IMG/VR virus record: IMGVR_UViG_3300027709_000001
Location: 1-53,866 of that record
From: a virus
Taxonomy: Duplodnaviria > Caudoviricetes
DNA length: 53,866 nt
Reading direction: 5' to 3' (one strand)
Shown here: in pieces, positions 16,960 to 26,617 of the stretch
Numbering within the stretch: position 1 is the first letter of the stretch
Layout of the letters: the number at the start of each line of letters is the position of its first letter
Position numbers and translations under genes: made by a program
The notes under the pieces: model-generated
Database searches by the model: none
The model's input: the letters and a program-made list of their open reading frames with translations, nothing else
Told to the model about the DNA's origin: nothing

Positions 16960-17453
16960 TAAATGTAATTAACTCCTATGTTTACTCTAACAGGTTGATC
17001 AGTACACGTTGTACTAGCGTGTTCTTCATTTCCCTTAAAAGTTAATAATCGATTTGCAACACTTTCTATTTTAGTTCCGTCTTTTAAAATAGTATGTCCA
17101 TTATTAGAATTAATATAAAATATTCCGGCTGTATGCTCAATCTCAAAATCTGCATGAAACTTGTGTTGGTGATAATGTCCTACGTTAGGATAAAGGTTAG
17201 CTTTAACCCGTAACAATGCAGTAGGGTTAATAGCATCTAAAAGTGGTTGAAATACAGGTCCATAATTTGTCCAATATTTATTTTCTCTATAATATCCGTG
17301 TGTGAAATAATAATAGTCACCGTCTCCAGATTCAAGACCAGTCACTCCAGCCATATAGTTCCAATCAAAATGATCACCCATAAGTTGATTAGATACAAAT
17401 TCAAAAACTTTGTCATCTAAAAAATTATCTTGTATTAAGTAATCACATTTCAT
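16959..17453 (-). CDS. 2OG-Fe(II) oxygenase (prolyl-hydroxylase-like)
   Basis: RVKANL, FHAD, NRLLTF..H, R.NI. Confidence 0.85.
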   Translation of the reverse strand: MKCDYLIQDNFLDDKVFEFVSNQLMGDHFDWNYMAGVTGLESGDGDYYYFTHGYYRENKYWTNYGPVFQPLLDAINPTALLRVKANLYPNVGHYHQHKFHADFEIEHTAGIFYINSNNGHTILKDGTKIESVANRLLTFKGNEEHASTTCTDQPVRVNIGVNYI

Positions 17454-17935
17454 ACTTCAAAACTTAGAGTCGCTCTAGCTTCTTTAATAAATGCTTCGTG
17501 CTCTAATCCTTTAGGAATATATAAACCATCACCAGGTCTTAATGTAACAAGTTCATTTAATCCTTCTACTTTATAATCTACTTCACCTATCCCACCAACA
17601 AGTAAAACATCAAGTTGGTCGCGGTGCGGACCAAACGTTGGTGCATTCTCGCCAAACGATACGTAAAGATGCATTGCCTTTACTTGAAAAATTTCATTCA
17701 CTTCATTATATGCAGTTCCTACACTAAATGGATAATGATCTGTATGCATTATAAACGTAGGTAAATTTTGTTTCTTAAGATGTCCTTCTACTATTTCTGT
17801 ACCAAGATATTTGACAGTTTCTGGTTTGTTTGCATTTTCCCATTCTAGTTTAGCAAGTACATCAGCCCATTGTAATTGTTTACATTTAGGAAAATTATTA
17901 GGTATATGTTTAGCATTAAACATCTGTGGGATCAT
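17450..17935 (-). CDS. JmjC/cupin-like oxygenase
   Basis: FGPHRD..DV, L.PGD.LYIPKG..H. Confidence 0.8.
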   Translation of the reverse strand: MIPQMFNAKHIPNNFPKCKQLQWADVLAKLEWENANKPETVKYLGTEIVEGHLKKQNLPTFIMHTDHYPFSVGTAYNEVNEIFQVKAMHLYVSFGENAPTFGPHRDQLDVLLVGGIGEVDYKVEGLNELVTLRPGDGLYIPKGLEHEAFIKEARATLSFEV

Positions 17936-18495
17936 TTTTCTACCACCACAATATATTTGTTATTAGGATGTACCTTACCCTGTTTATCTGGTTTTCTAAA
18001 TTTTTCTACAAATTCATGATGCACAATTGTACCACCAATATATTTTTCTATTAATGGTTTCCACCACCCTGGGTTTTCAACAATAAGATGTGCATTACGT
18101 CCGTCAGGTAAAAACTTTTTAGCAGGACTAGTTGCAATAATAAAGAATGCAACTCTTGTAAAAAGCTCGTTCATTTCGCGTAAAACATTTTCTAAAAATA
18201 CAGGTTCAATATGTTCTAGTACATCTGTAGACACAAGCATATCAAATGTTCCTTCAGGCTTGGTTTCGTATGTAGGATTGCCCGGATCATATCCTTGAAC
18301 TCTCATGTCTGGATAAGCTTCTTGTAGTGCCAACGTTACTCCGCCTTTACCACATCCGTAATCAATTACACTTTGAGGATTATATTTTCTAATCCATTTT
18401 TCTGTTTGCTTTAACCCTTTAGCATCACCGAATGATGCTTTCTTGTCGTGTAGTTGGGATAGTTGTAATATATATTCTTCGCTAATTGTTTTCAT
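17932..18495 (-). CDS. Class I SAM-dependent methyltransferase
   Basis: IDYGCGKG, GYDP, DVLEHI. Confidence 0.88.
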   Translation of the reverse strand: MKTISEEYILQLSQLHDKKASFGDAKGLKQTEKWIRKYNPQSVIDYGCGKGGVTLALQEAYPDMRVQGYDPGNPTYETKPEGTFDMLVSTDVLEHIEPVFLENVLREMNELFTRVAFFIIATSPAKKFLPDGRNAHLIVENPGWWKPLIEKYIGGTIVHHEFVEKFRKPDKQGKVHPNNKYIVVVEK

Positions 18496-18998
18496 ATTAA
18501 TAATCCATAATCTATCATTTCACTTTGTCTGCTAATATCTTTAACAAAATATGCACATAACGGGTTTTTACCTTCTGTTATCGGTGTCGCTAAAAGTTGC
18601 CCATTTTTCATTTTAGGAAAGTACCATTTAACATCGTTATAAAAATTAGTTATCTTAACCTCACCCCAATTTAATGTATAACTGGTTAATGGATTAAACA
18701 AGAATGCTTGAAACCCTCTATCATTTAAACTTGTTAAAGGTAGTATTTCAATGTCGCCTGCTCCTTCGCTATCACCTACAGCTAAACTCCAATCCACAGG
18801 CATTGTTATTTCTTTCCCACCAATTTCTAATACCATTGCTGGTGCATTAAAACTTTCTAAAAATATTAATGGTATAAAAAAGAAATCAGGTTCTTTTGGA
18901 TTTGAATTGTCTAGTACTGCAAATCGTACATCGTCTGTTAATTCTTCCGGTAAATTATTTAAAAGGAAGCAGTTGTTTTCCAGGGTTAATATCTTCAT
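18492..18998 (-). CDS. Hypothetical protein, possibly an inactive Hint-fold
   Basis: Beta-strand pattern resembling Hint blocks, without Cys1, TxxH or HN. Confidence 0.55.
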   Translation of the reverse strand: MKILTLENNCFLLNNLPEELTDDVRFAVLDNSNPKEPDFFFIPLIFLESFNAPAMVLEIGGKEITMPVDWSLAVGDSEGAGDIEILPLTSLNDRGFQAFLFNPLTSYTLNWGEVKITNFYNDVKWYFPKMKNGQLLATPITEGKNPLCAYFVKDISRQSEMIDYGLLI

Positions 18999-19225
18999 TT
19001 ATTTTTTTTCCTTCTAGCGTCGGCTAGTATTTCTTTAGGTGTTTTAGCGCCTGGATTTAATTTTGATAGTCTGCAACTTAAAAGTTTTTTCTTTCCTTTA
19101 TCAGTTACAACAACAGGTTGTCCGTGCTCATCAAACTCAATAGCTTTAATTTTTGTTAAAACGTTTCTGAACTTACCTACTTCAATTTCATCTCCAACCT
19201 TCACCTCTATTACAAATTTTTTCAT
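18995..19225 (-). CDS. Small basic protein (KOW/SH3-like)
   Basis: VKVGDEIEVG; packed in operon. Confidence 0.65.
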   Translation of the reverse strand: MKKFVIEVKVGDEIEVGKFRNVLTKIKAIEFDEHGQPVVVTDKGKKKLLSCRLSKLNPGAKTPKEILADARRKKNK

Positions 19226-19227
19226 AA

Positions 19228-20685
19228 TTAGGTCCAGTCTATTTTTTCAATACTAAAGGGATATTGTGCTTCTTTATAAAACTTCTTACGTTGTGTTAAG
19301 TGTCGCTTTGCAAACTTACACGTAGAAGTTATATCCCATATTTGTACAAAGTCTTTGTCGTCTGCCTTACGTACACCCCTGCCTATTGATTGTATTACTC
19401 TAACAAATGATTTGCCTGGTTCTATTAATATAAGATTAAAAATTCTAGGAATGTTAATGCCAACACTAGCAACGCCGTAAGTGGCAATAAGAACTTTATT
19501 GGTTGCTTCTTTAATTTCATCATACTGCTCCTTCCGATCGGCTAACTTTACGTCGCCTTTAATAAAAACTGAATTTGGTATTTCCGCTTGTAGTTTCTCG
19601 CCTGAAGATATTCTATCAATAAGAACAAGTGTGTTACCCGTATCTTTAATTGACTTAATCATTTTGCCTATATATTTTACTCTTTCTTTATTAGTAACAA
19701 GATACTTTAGTTCTTCTTGATAATTCTTATGTACTTGTGTATCAACTAATTGTACAACATTAACATGACAGTTAGATAATACGCCTTTATCTTGTAATTC
19801 TTTAGCACTTATTTTTCCTATTACTTGTCCTAGACTAGCAAGTATAGCCTGGAATTCAAAATCTTCTTTAGGTACAGTTCCAGTTAATCCCCATCTAATA
19901 GGTGCGTGTTTTAAATTTTGTGTTAATAATTTTTTTAATACTTCAGCTTTAGCCTGATGTACTTCGTCAACAATTAGTGTTTCAACACCATCTAAAAACT
20001 CTGCTAGTGTTAAAACATCATCATAATCTTTACTTTTCTTGTCAAGTATATTCAAACTTTGCCAAGTACAGATAGTATGTGTTTTACCAAGTTCTTTTCT
20101 ATCACCAAAGTATACACCAACATCAAGTCCGCAATTAATATAATCTTCTTCTGTTTGCGTAACTAAATTTTTATTAGGTACAATTACAAGTGTACGCCCA
20201 TACGGTTCACAAAGATGTGATAATGTTGCAGTAATAATTGTTTTACCTGCACCTGTGGCAACTTCTTGTAATGCTTGTGGATTTTCTAAAAAATTATTAA
20301 TAACTTCAACTTGATAATCTCTTAGTATTATTTTTTCGCCTTCAGCAATATGTCCTTTGGGCCATGTTTTATGAGCCCAATAATCTTTATTAATTTTATT
20401 AAATGTTAAATTATGTTTAACTCTGTGGTCTTTTATTTCAGCAACTTCAACACCTAAATCTACAAGAGTATTAACAATAGTATCAAGATGGTTAACATAA
20501 CCAGTCCCTCCAATTCCAAAAAAGTTAATTTTGCCGTCCCAACGCCCTAGTTTATATTGTGGTAGGTATCGTGCATACGGAACAGCAAACTTTAATTTAT
20601 TTGCAATTTTACGTCTATATTCTACTGGTAGGTTTTCTACCTTGACGTTGACTTCATCTTGTATTACTATTCTGCAACTTACCAT
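19228..20685 (-). CDS. uvsW: SF2 DNA helicase UvsW-like
   Basis: LRDYQ, ATGAGKT, DEVH, LTGT, QSIGRGVR. Confidence 0.92.
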   Translation of the reverse strand: MVSCRIVIQDEVNVKVENLPVEYRRKIANKLKFAVPYARYLPQYKLGRWDGKINFFGIGGTGYVNHLDTIVNTLVDLGVEVAEIKDHRVKHNLTFNKINKDYWAHKTWPKGHIAEGEKIILRDYQVEVINNFLENPQALQEVATGAGKTIITATLSHLCEPYGRTLVIVPNKNLVTQTEEDYINCGLDVGVYFGDRKELGKTHTICTWQSLNILDKKSKDYDDVLTLAEFLDGVETLIVDEVHQAKAEVLKKLLTQNLKHAPIRWGLTGTVPKEDFEFQAILASLGQVIGKISAKELQDKGVLSNCHVNVVQLVDTQVHKNYQEELKYLVTNKERVKYIGKMIKSIKDTGNTLVLIDRISSGEKLQAEIPNSVFIKGDVKLADRKEQYDEIKEATNKVLIATYGVASVGINIPRIFNLILIEPGKSFVRVIQSIGRGVRKADDKDFVQIWDITSTCKFAKRHLTQRKKFYKEAQYPFSIEKIDWT

Positions 20686-20688
20686 AAA

Positions 20689-21975
20689 TTAAATTATCTC
20701 TGTTTTCATTCCAGTGATTAACGCATTACCATGGTCGTGCCATTGTGATGTATCACTATCGTATTGTATGTATAAATCCGAATCCAAAATAAATCCGTCA
20801 ACTTTAGTGTAGTTCTTTTTACTGCCAATAGCAAATGAACATAACGGTCGCCAACCTGTTTTTATTAAGGGTTTAGGAACTTTACTACTATTAATATACA
20901 CTACTTTTGTATTTTTGTCAACTAAATTATTTAACCCCTTCTCTCGGACAAAATGGTTAAATTCGTTTCCTTTTGGTGCATTTAATCTAAACATAACTGC
21001 CATTTGTTTTACAGGAATATAATTTACTAACCGAGAATGAATTTCTACTAACTCGTCATAAGCAGTTTTTTGATCGCAAATAATTAGTAAAGGATATCTA
21101 TCTAGCTCATGTATACTTGCTAGTACTTGATCAAGAGTCCACTTCTTTTCATTTACACATATAGATGGTTGTTTACGTTGTGTAAGTTTAGATGTAAGAA
21201 TTGTACAGTTTTTATAACTTTCTTTAACTGCATTCATATCTATGCTTTCAAGACCATATAAGAATCTTCGATCATAAAATTTCCAAAGATTGTCTTTACT
21301 TGGGCCTTCACCAAGAGCATTTTCACAATGTTCTATTCCACTCTTAGGTATATTACATATCTTATAATCATAAATGCCGGGTATATAACTTTGTTTATTT
21401 GCTTCAAACTCTACAAGTTTATTATAAATTTCCATAATTGTTGGCTCTATATCAAACTTTCTATCAAACCTTTTAGCTATAGTAACAAGTTTCCAAACAT
21501 ATTTTTCTTCAAATGGAAAGTAATGTTTATGAGCTTCATAAAAATATTCTTTATCAACACTATTTTTTAAATCTTCAATATGCTTTAGAACCTTTTTATT
21601 AAAAGGAAATCTAATTACAAGCATTTGCATTGTCTTATATTCACGAAGTTTAATCCAATGTTCGTCATTAATTTTTCGTAAAGGATGCCTTAACCTTTTA
21701 AGACAATCTTTAAGATCAATTTCGTGTGCTGTGAATTGTTTTGTATAATATTCAACTAATAATTTTTGGACAAGAGTATATTGGCGTTCAGTTAATGCTG
21801 TTCCTTTAAAAACTTGTTTAGCAATACTAAACATTATTTTATGATTGTCTTCGTGTAATTTAAAATTTTGTAATTTGTTTAGGTCAGGGTTCTCGTGGAA
21901 CTTTAATTGGCTAATTCCTGCAACCAATTCCAGGCAGTCTTCTATCGTGAGAGCATCTTTAGGTGATCTAAACAT
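20689..21975 (-). CDS. Hypothetical protein (428 aa)
   Basis: Long ORF directly behind a sigma70 promoter, first gene of the uvsW operon. Confidence 0.8.
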   Translation of the reverse strand: MFRSPKDALTIEDCLELVAGISQLKFHENPDLNKLQNFKLHEDNHKIMFSIAKQVFKGTALTERQYTLVQKLLVEYYTKQFTAHEIDLKDCLKRLRHPLRKINDEHWIKLREYKTMQMLVIRFPFNKKVLKHIEDLKNSVDKEYFYEAHKHYFPFEEKYVWKLVTIAKRFDRKFDIEPTIMEIYNKLVEFEANKQSYIPGIYDYKICNIPKSGIEHCENALGEGPSKDNLWKFYDRRFLYGLESIDMNAVKESYKNCTILTSKLTQRKQPSICVNEKKWTLDQVLASIHELDRYPLLIICDQKTAYDELVEIHSRLVNYIPVKQMAVMFRLNAPKGNEFNHFVREKGLNNLVDKNTKVVYINSSKVPKPLIKTGWRPLCSFAIGSKKNYTKVDGFILDSDLYIQYDSDTSQWHDHGNALITGMKTEII

Positions 21976-21981
21976 AATACT

Positions 21982-22010
21982 ATTATACTAGATTATAGGT
22001 AAGAAGTCAA
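21982..22010 (-). promoter_or_regulatory. Sigma70-type promoter
   Basis: TTGACT-N17-TATAAT, 6 nt before ATG. Confidence 0.8.
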
Positions 22011-22835
22011 GCGTTTAAGGGGAAATCCGGTAGAAATTTCTTCAGTTGTCCATTCAGTGTATGCTAAATCATTTAGCCATTGTTGCCTATCAGGCATAAT
22101 TGGAGTATTAATATTTTCCAAATCTTTATTTCCAACATCTAATGCTAAACTTTCTGGACCTACAAATACAGGAACGCCACCAATAACTGCTTGAGTGGCA
22201 GGATTACTTGACCAATTAACTACTGCCCAAGCATTATGAAAATCAAAGTCAAAGTCATCATAGGTGTTATAAAGATGATGTGGTCGTTGTATTGTTACGT
22301 TATTAAATGAATGATTTAATTTTAATGTACATCTTGGATGAGGACGAACGATTATAGGTCTTGCTGTGTGTTTACGTATTATAGTAATAACATCGTAAAT
22401 CCAGTTAGACATCGGAGGCATATTACGCCATTGGTTACTTTTATCATGCTGGCCACAAATAATAATATCTCTACCATTAGAACGCCAGGGTTCTAATTTT
22501 AGATTTAATAGGTTTGCACGTTCTGGTCCGTTATCTTTAGGACCAAAGTTTGCTTCTCCATTAATTCCATTAATACCAACCTTCCAAGTAGTATTACGTT
22601 TAATGCCACCAACTTCTAATACTATAACCGATTTATTTTGTGAACGGTATAAGTCCCATATTTTTTTGTTTGGAGCCATTCGACCATTCCACAGAACACT
22701 CCAAATAACAGCAACGTCAGAGTTAATGTCATTATAAACAACAGTCCCGCCGGTAGCACGAACACCACTAGCAAAACTATCAAAAACAGGTCCGCTATTT
22801 TTTGCGCCATAACTTGTCCATAAGCTAAACTTCAT
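21993..22835 (-). CDS. Glycosyltransferase, KpsS/KpsC (capsule synthesis)-like
   Basis: GQ..., VRPHP, VNWSS..A...GVPV. Confidence 0.7.
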   Translation of the reverse strand: MKFSLWTSYGAKNSGPVFDSFASGVRATGGTVVYNDINSDVAVIWSVLWNGRMAPNKKIWDLYRSQNKSVIVLEVGGIKRNTTWKVGINGINGEANFGPKDNGPERANLLNLKLEPWRSNGRDIIICGQHDKSNQWRNMPPMSNWIYDVITIIRKHTARPIIVRPHPRCTLKLNHSFNNVTIQRPHHLYNTYDDFDFDFHNAWAVVNWSSNPATQAVIGGVPVFVGPESLALDVGNKDLENINTPIMPDRQQWLNDLAYTEWTTEEISTGFPLKRLTSYL

Positions 22836-23667
22836 TCCAGTATTTCTCGTTCCGAGGAGTTAGTAGATCTTTCTTTCTACTACTTCCTTCTGTTTTACGA
22901 ACGCCTTTCATGTGATCCAACCACGTTCCTAAAACGGAATTAATTAAAGGGTGACCACCACCCCCGGTCTTTGCAGTTTGATTATAAATGTTTTCGCTAT
23001 AATCTAATACATTGGGATATTTATGTTTCATACCATTTAATATATGGCCGAACACAAAGGAATCGTGCCATTCTTCTAATGTAAAAATTCCTTTCTCTGC
23101 TTCTTCATAGTAACGTTCAAACTCTTCTAGAAATTGTTTGCACATTCTATCTCTTACATTTAATCCGTAAAAACCACACTCAGGCCATGTTTGAGTTCCA
23201 ACACCTCTACCTACATACGTTATCCATTTGTTTCTTGGTAATAAATTTTTAATTTGTTCATAACTCCAATCACTATGTACAAATGTATCTGCGTCAATCC
23301 ATACTAGCCAATTAATAACTGGATCTAATGCTTCTTGAAATACTGTATAAGTTTTATTAGCAAACCTTACGGCGTGCCATTTAAATTCTTTATGATGATC
23401 ACGTGGTCGTCTTTCAGGCCAAGGACATTTCCCATTTGCTTTAGGAACGTCTTTCCAACGTTCTTTAAATGCTATTAACTTTGGTACTTCTTTTTGATCT
23501 TTAATAGTAATTTGTAATGGATCTGGATTAGTTGGTTGACAATCTTCTGCATATACAACTAGATGGATATCTTTATCAACACGTTCAGCAAAGCTATTAA
23601 TAAAGCGTTGTCCGTATTCAACCATACCTGGTTCATGAAATGTAGTTACAAATTTAATGTCTGACAT
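22825..23667 (-). CDS. GT-A fold glycosyltransferase
   Basis: VTTF, RFANK, WIDAD, ECGF, EWHDS, HMKG. Confidence 0.75.
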   Translation of the reverse strand: MSDIKFVTTFHEPGMVEYGQRFINSFAERVDKDIHLVVYAEDCQPTNPDPLQITIKDQKEVPKLIAFKERWKDVPKANGKCPWPERRPRDHHKEFKWHAVRFANKTYTVFQEALDPVINWLVWIDADTFVHSDWSYEQIKNLLPRNKWITYVGRGVGTQTWPECGFYGLNVRDRMCKQFLEEFERYYEEAEKGIFTLEEWHDSFVFGHILNGMKHKYPNVLDYSENIYNQTAKTGGGGHPLINSVLGTWLDHMKGVRKTEGSSRKKDLLTPRNEKYWNEV

Positions 23668-23925
23668 TTACCATTTCCAAGGCAACATACTAAGGCCTAT
23701 TAAGTTTAATACAAATTCTGCTACAATAACAAATACTAAACCACCACCTATTTGCCATGCCCACCATTTCCATCCTGTAAGGCTACGCGACCATTGTGCA
23801 AGTTTACTGTTATGTGCTTTATCATATGCACCAGTTTTATTACCAATTTTTTCTGCCCAATAATTACCATCTAATATATTCTTTAACATTATAAATGGCC
23901 ACATTAGAATTTTTAATATTTTCAT
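23668..23925 (-). CDS. Small membrane protein
   Basis: Trp-rich with a C-terminal hydrophobic helix. Confidence 0.7.
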   Translation of the reverse strand: MKILKILMWPFIMLKNILDGNYWAEKIGNKTGAYDKAHNSKLAQWSRSLTGWKWWAWQIGGGLVFVIVAEFVLNLIGLSMLPWKW

Positions 23926-23926
23926 T

Positions 23927-24853
23927 TTACAAATAGCCTCTCATGTGTTGCCACGCTTCACCTGACATTAGATCTCTAAAACTCCAATGGCATTGTGCTA
24001 CATTTTTAATCCATTGTTCTCTATCTTTTTTCTTTAAATCATTTATGTCACTTAACTTGGTATGGCATACTTCAGATACTTGACTAGATGTTGGATCTTC
24101 AACTATTACTGGTACGCCTTCTATTACACTCGCTACTGCTGGGCTACTATTATAAACTATTGTACACATAGCTTGTGCTAAATCATGTTCTATGCGTGGC
24201 TGAAAACTTACACGTACATTTGGACCATGAATATTTTTTGTATATTCTGGTGCTTTTTTATCACCAGGGTGTGGTCTAACTACAATAGGTCGTTGACTAA
24301 ATGTTCTAATTTCTGCTATCTTTTGATTAGCCCACTTTACAACATCTTTACCTTTCATCGACCAGCCACCATTACGTTGTAAACATAATAAAATATTTTC
24401 TCTTTCATATAAAGACCAAGGCATTAAATTAACACCTAAGTCTCTTTGAATTTTACGCCATTGGATATCTGTTGAATTCTTATTACAATAATTTCCAGTA
24501 TCATTAAAAACGCCATTAATACTATATCGTAAGTAATGGTGTGGTTCATTAGTTACTGCTTTATATAAAAATAAATTACTGTCTGCTGTTATAAATGCTT
24601 TGTTTCTTATATTATCTGCTATTCCACGTCTAAGTTGAATGTGTGGTACATGAGCACTTCCGTCATGTATAAAGCCTTGCATAACTGCCACATCACATTG
24701 TAATAATTCAAAGCCATCATAAACAAGACCATTATCACCACATTCTCTAACACCGGCAACAAAGTTTCTAATAATTTGTTCCTTATGATTGTGCTTTAGT
24801 GGCTTGGTTCTAGTTCCTGGTGGAATAACTTTTGTATATCCTACTACCCTCAT
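23927..24853 (-). CDS. Glycosyltransferase, KpsS/KpsC-like
   Basis: LQ, VRPHP, VYNSS....GVPV. Confidence 0.7.
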   Translation of the reverse strand: MRVVGYTKVIPPGTRTKPLKHNHKEQIIRNFVAGVRECGDNGLVYDGFELLQCDVAVMQGFIHDGSAHVPHIQLRRGIADNIRNKAFITADSNLFLYKAVTNEPHHYLRYSINGVFNDTGNYCNKNSTDIQWRKIQRDLGVNLMPWSLYERENILLCLQRNGGWSMKGKDVVKWANQKIAEIRTFSQRPIVVRPHPGDKKAPEYTKNIHGPNVRVSFQPRIEHDLAQAMCTIVYNSSPAVASVIEGVPVIVEDPTSSQVSEVCHTKLSDINDLKKKDREQWIKNVAQCHWSFRDLMSGEAWQHMRGYL

Positions 24854-25923
24854 TTTACTCTACTCCATGCAAATCCGCTTAACATTTCGTCATATACAAA
24901 TTGGTTATTAGCCAAATAACGACAAAGCCAAGTAAGTTGTTTTCGTCCAGGGTGTTTTATAAATTCTATTCTTTCTAAATTTTTGTCGCAGAGGTCTTGA
25001 GCACAATTAGGACCTAATACTATTGCTGGCACACCGTAAACCATTGCTTCTAAAGCCGCAATACTATTAAATGTAACCATACAATGTACGTCATCAGCCA
25101 TAGCTTGTTCCATCGTATTAACAGAAACTCTATCTTCTCTACTAGGTTTTCTTCTAAGTTCAATTGGTCTTTGTGTATGCTTTCCAATTAGCATAATTGT
25201 ATTTTCAATCCATATATCTAAATCTAATTCAAAATACTTCATTACTTTTTGACTAGGTGGTACTACTAAAATTTTTCTGCCTGGCTTCCAATCTTTAAAT
25301 TGTATACCAAGACGTTTCCATCTTTCACCACTATAATGTTGAGGAGCCTTTATTAATAAATTAGCATCAAGTTTTCGTTGAGCAACATCAATTGAATCAC
25401 CTGGCTCTCTTAGAGGGTGTGAACTTGGTAATACATGATCTTCAATCCTATCTCTTGCTGGCATATGAATATTTTGTAAACCATTTTTTACAATTCTATG
25501 ATATGTTTTCTTACCATTAGGATTCATAGGACTAGGATTATTTCCTAAATATCCTGTGTCCATAAAATAAAAATCTCTTTTTTCTTCAATACATCTTTTA
25601 ATAATTTTAGTTTTACCTAAACCTCTTACTAGTATTGGTGTTTTATCATGCCAGGTTAAATCGTCTGCTCTAATATATTTTCCATTAGATCCTAATGCCA
25701 TTGCCATAACAAAAGAATCAACTAACCCAAATGGTGCTTTTTCTTTCTTCTCAACTTTTTTAATACCACTATCAACACAAATTAATTCAGGTGCTTTAAC
25801 AGTTTGAAATGCTTCTGATACTAAATTAACAGCATCTTTGGCTTTACCAGTTGCAACTGAGGCTAGGATATTATTAACTAAATCTTGTAATTCTGGTCTT
25901 AAGTTTCTATAATCCCATTGCAT
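24850..25923 (-). CDS. Glycosyltransferase, KpsS/KpsC-like (divergent)
   Basis: DTGY, LRRKP, VTFNS.AALEA..GVP; start moved to 25923 (GGGG SD). Confidence 0.65.
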   Translation of the reverse strand: MQWDYRNLRPELQDLVNNILASVATGKAKDAVNLVSEAFQTVKAPELICVDSGIKKVEKKEKAPFGLVDSFVMAMALGSNGKYIRADDLTWHDKTPILVRGLGKTKIIKRCIEEKRDFYFMDTGYLGNNPSPMNPNGKKTYHRIVKNGLQNIHMPARDRIEDHVLPSSHPLREPGDSIDVAQRKLDANLLIKAPQHYSGERWKRLGIQFKDWKPGRKILVVPPSQKVMKYFELDLDIWIENTIMLIGKHTQRPIELRRKPSREDRVSVNTMEQAMADDVHCMVTFNSIAALEAMVYGVPAIVLGPNCAQDLCDKNLERIEFIKHPGRKQLTWLCRYLANNQFVYDEMLSGFAWSRVK

Positions 25924-25924
25924 T

Positions 25925-26614
25925 TTAGTCCCCTTGCATTGTTTCTGTAAGTAAATCTTTCCAAACTTGATTATACTCGCAGTCTCGATAATTTTTAAAC
26001 CAAGGTCCACCTTCTGTGTAATGTAATGCTTTAGGTTTTCCGTCTTGTGGTTCTTTATACCAACCAACTAACCAGTTCCATTCATTTGAAAGTTTGCCTA
26101 TTTCTTCATCTTTAAGCCAAGCAAACCTATGTAAATATTTTCCTGTTGTTTCAGAATTGTTAATTAAATCAACTGTAATTTTTTGATTACTCGGATGCCC
26201 ACAGTTCCATAATACTACTGAACTCCAGTTTTTCCTTGGATATTGTGATTGTACCCGTCCATCCATTTTCATACCTGGTGGTGGATTATGATCGTGTTGT
26301 ACACACATAACAGCATACTTGTCATCAGCTAAATTAAATAAGTTTTGTACATCTTCTAAAAATATAACATCATCATCACAACATAATGCCCAACCGTTAT
26401 AATCCATTATATGCGGAACAAGAAAGCGTGTAAAAGTAAATTCAGTTGAACCAAGTTTATCAGATTCTCTCCAGTATAATTTGCGTTGTCGTAAATCTTG
26501 TTGTGCTAATGGTTCAATTTTAATATTATTATTAAATCGTTTAATACTATGTTCGCACACCTGCCAGGGAATATCACTTCTAATATCATATCCAATAAAG
26601 ACTTTTTTATTCAT
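25925..26614 (-). CDS. GT-A (GT8-like) glycosyltransferase
   Basis: FIGYD, STEFTFTRF, CDDD, RKNWSS, WN.L, HYT.GGPW. Confidence 0.85.
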   Translation of the reverse strand: MNKKVFIGYDIRSDIPWQVCEHSIKRFNNNIKIEPLAQQDLRQRKLYWRESDKLGSTEFTFTRFLVPHIMDYNGWALCCDDDVIFLEDVQNLFNLADDKYAVMCVQHDHNPPPGMKMDGRVQSQYPRKNWSSVVLWNCGHPSNQKITVDLINNSETTGKYLHRFAWLKDEEIGKLSNEWNWLVGWYKEPQDGKPKALHYTEGGPWFKNYRDCEYNQVWKDLLTETMQGD

Positions 26615-26617
26615 GCA

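Noticed and set aside
24850-26067. Long N-terminal extensions in track calls (also 13717, 15169, 29671, 35399, 46118, 51229)
   Set aside because: They overlap upstream genes or promoters; downstream ATGs have SD or promoter support.
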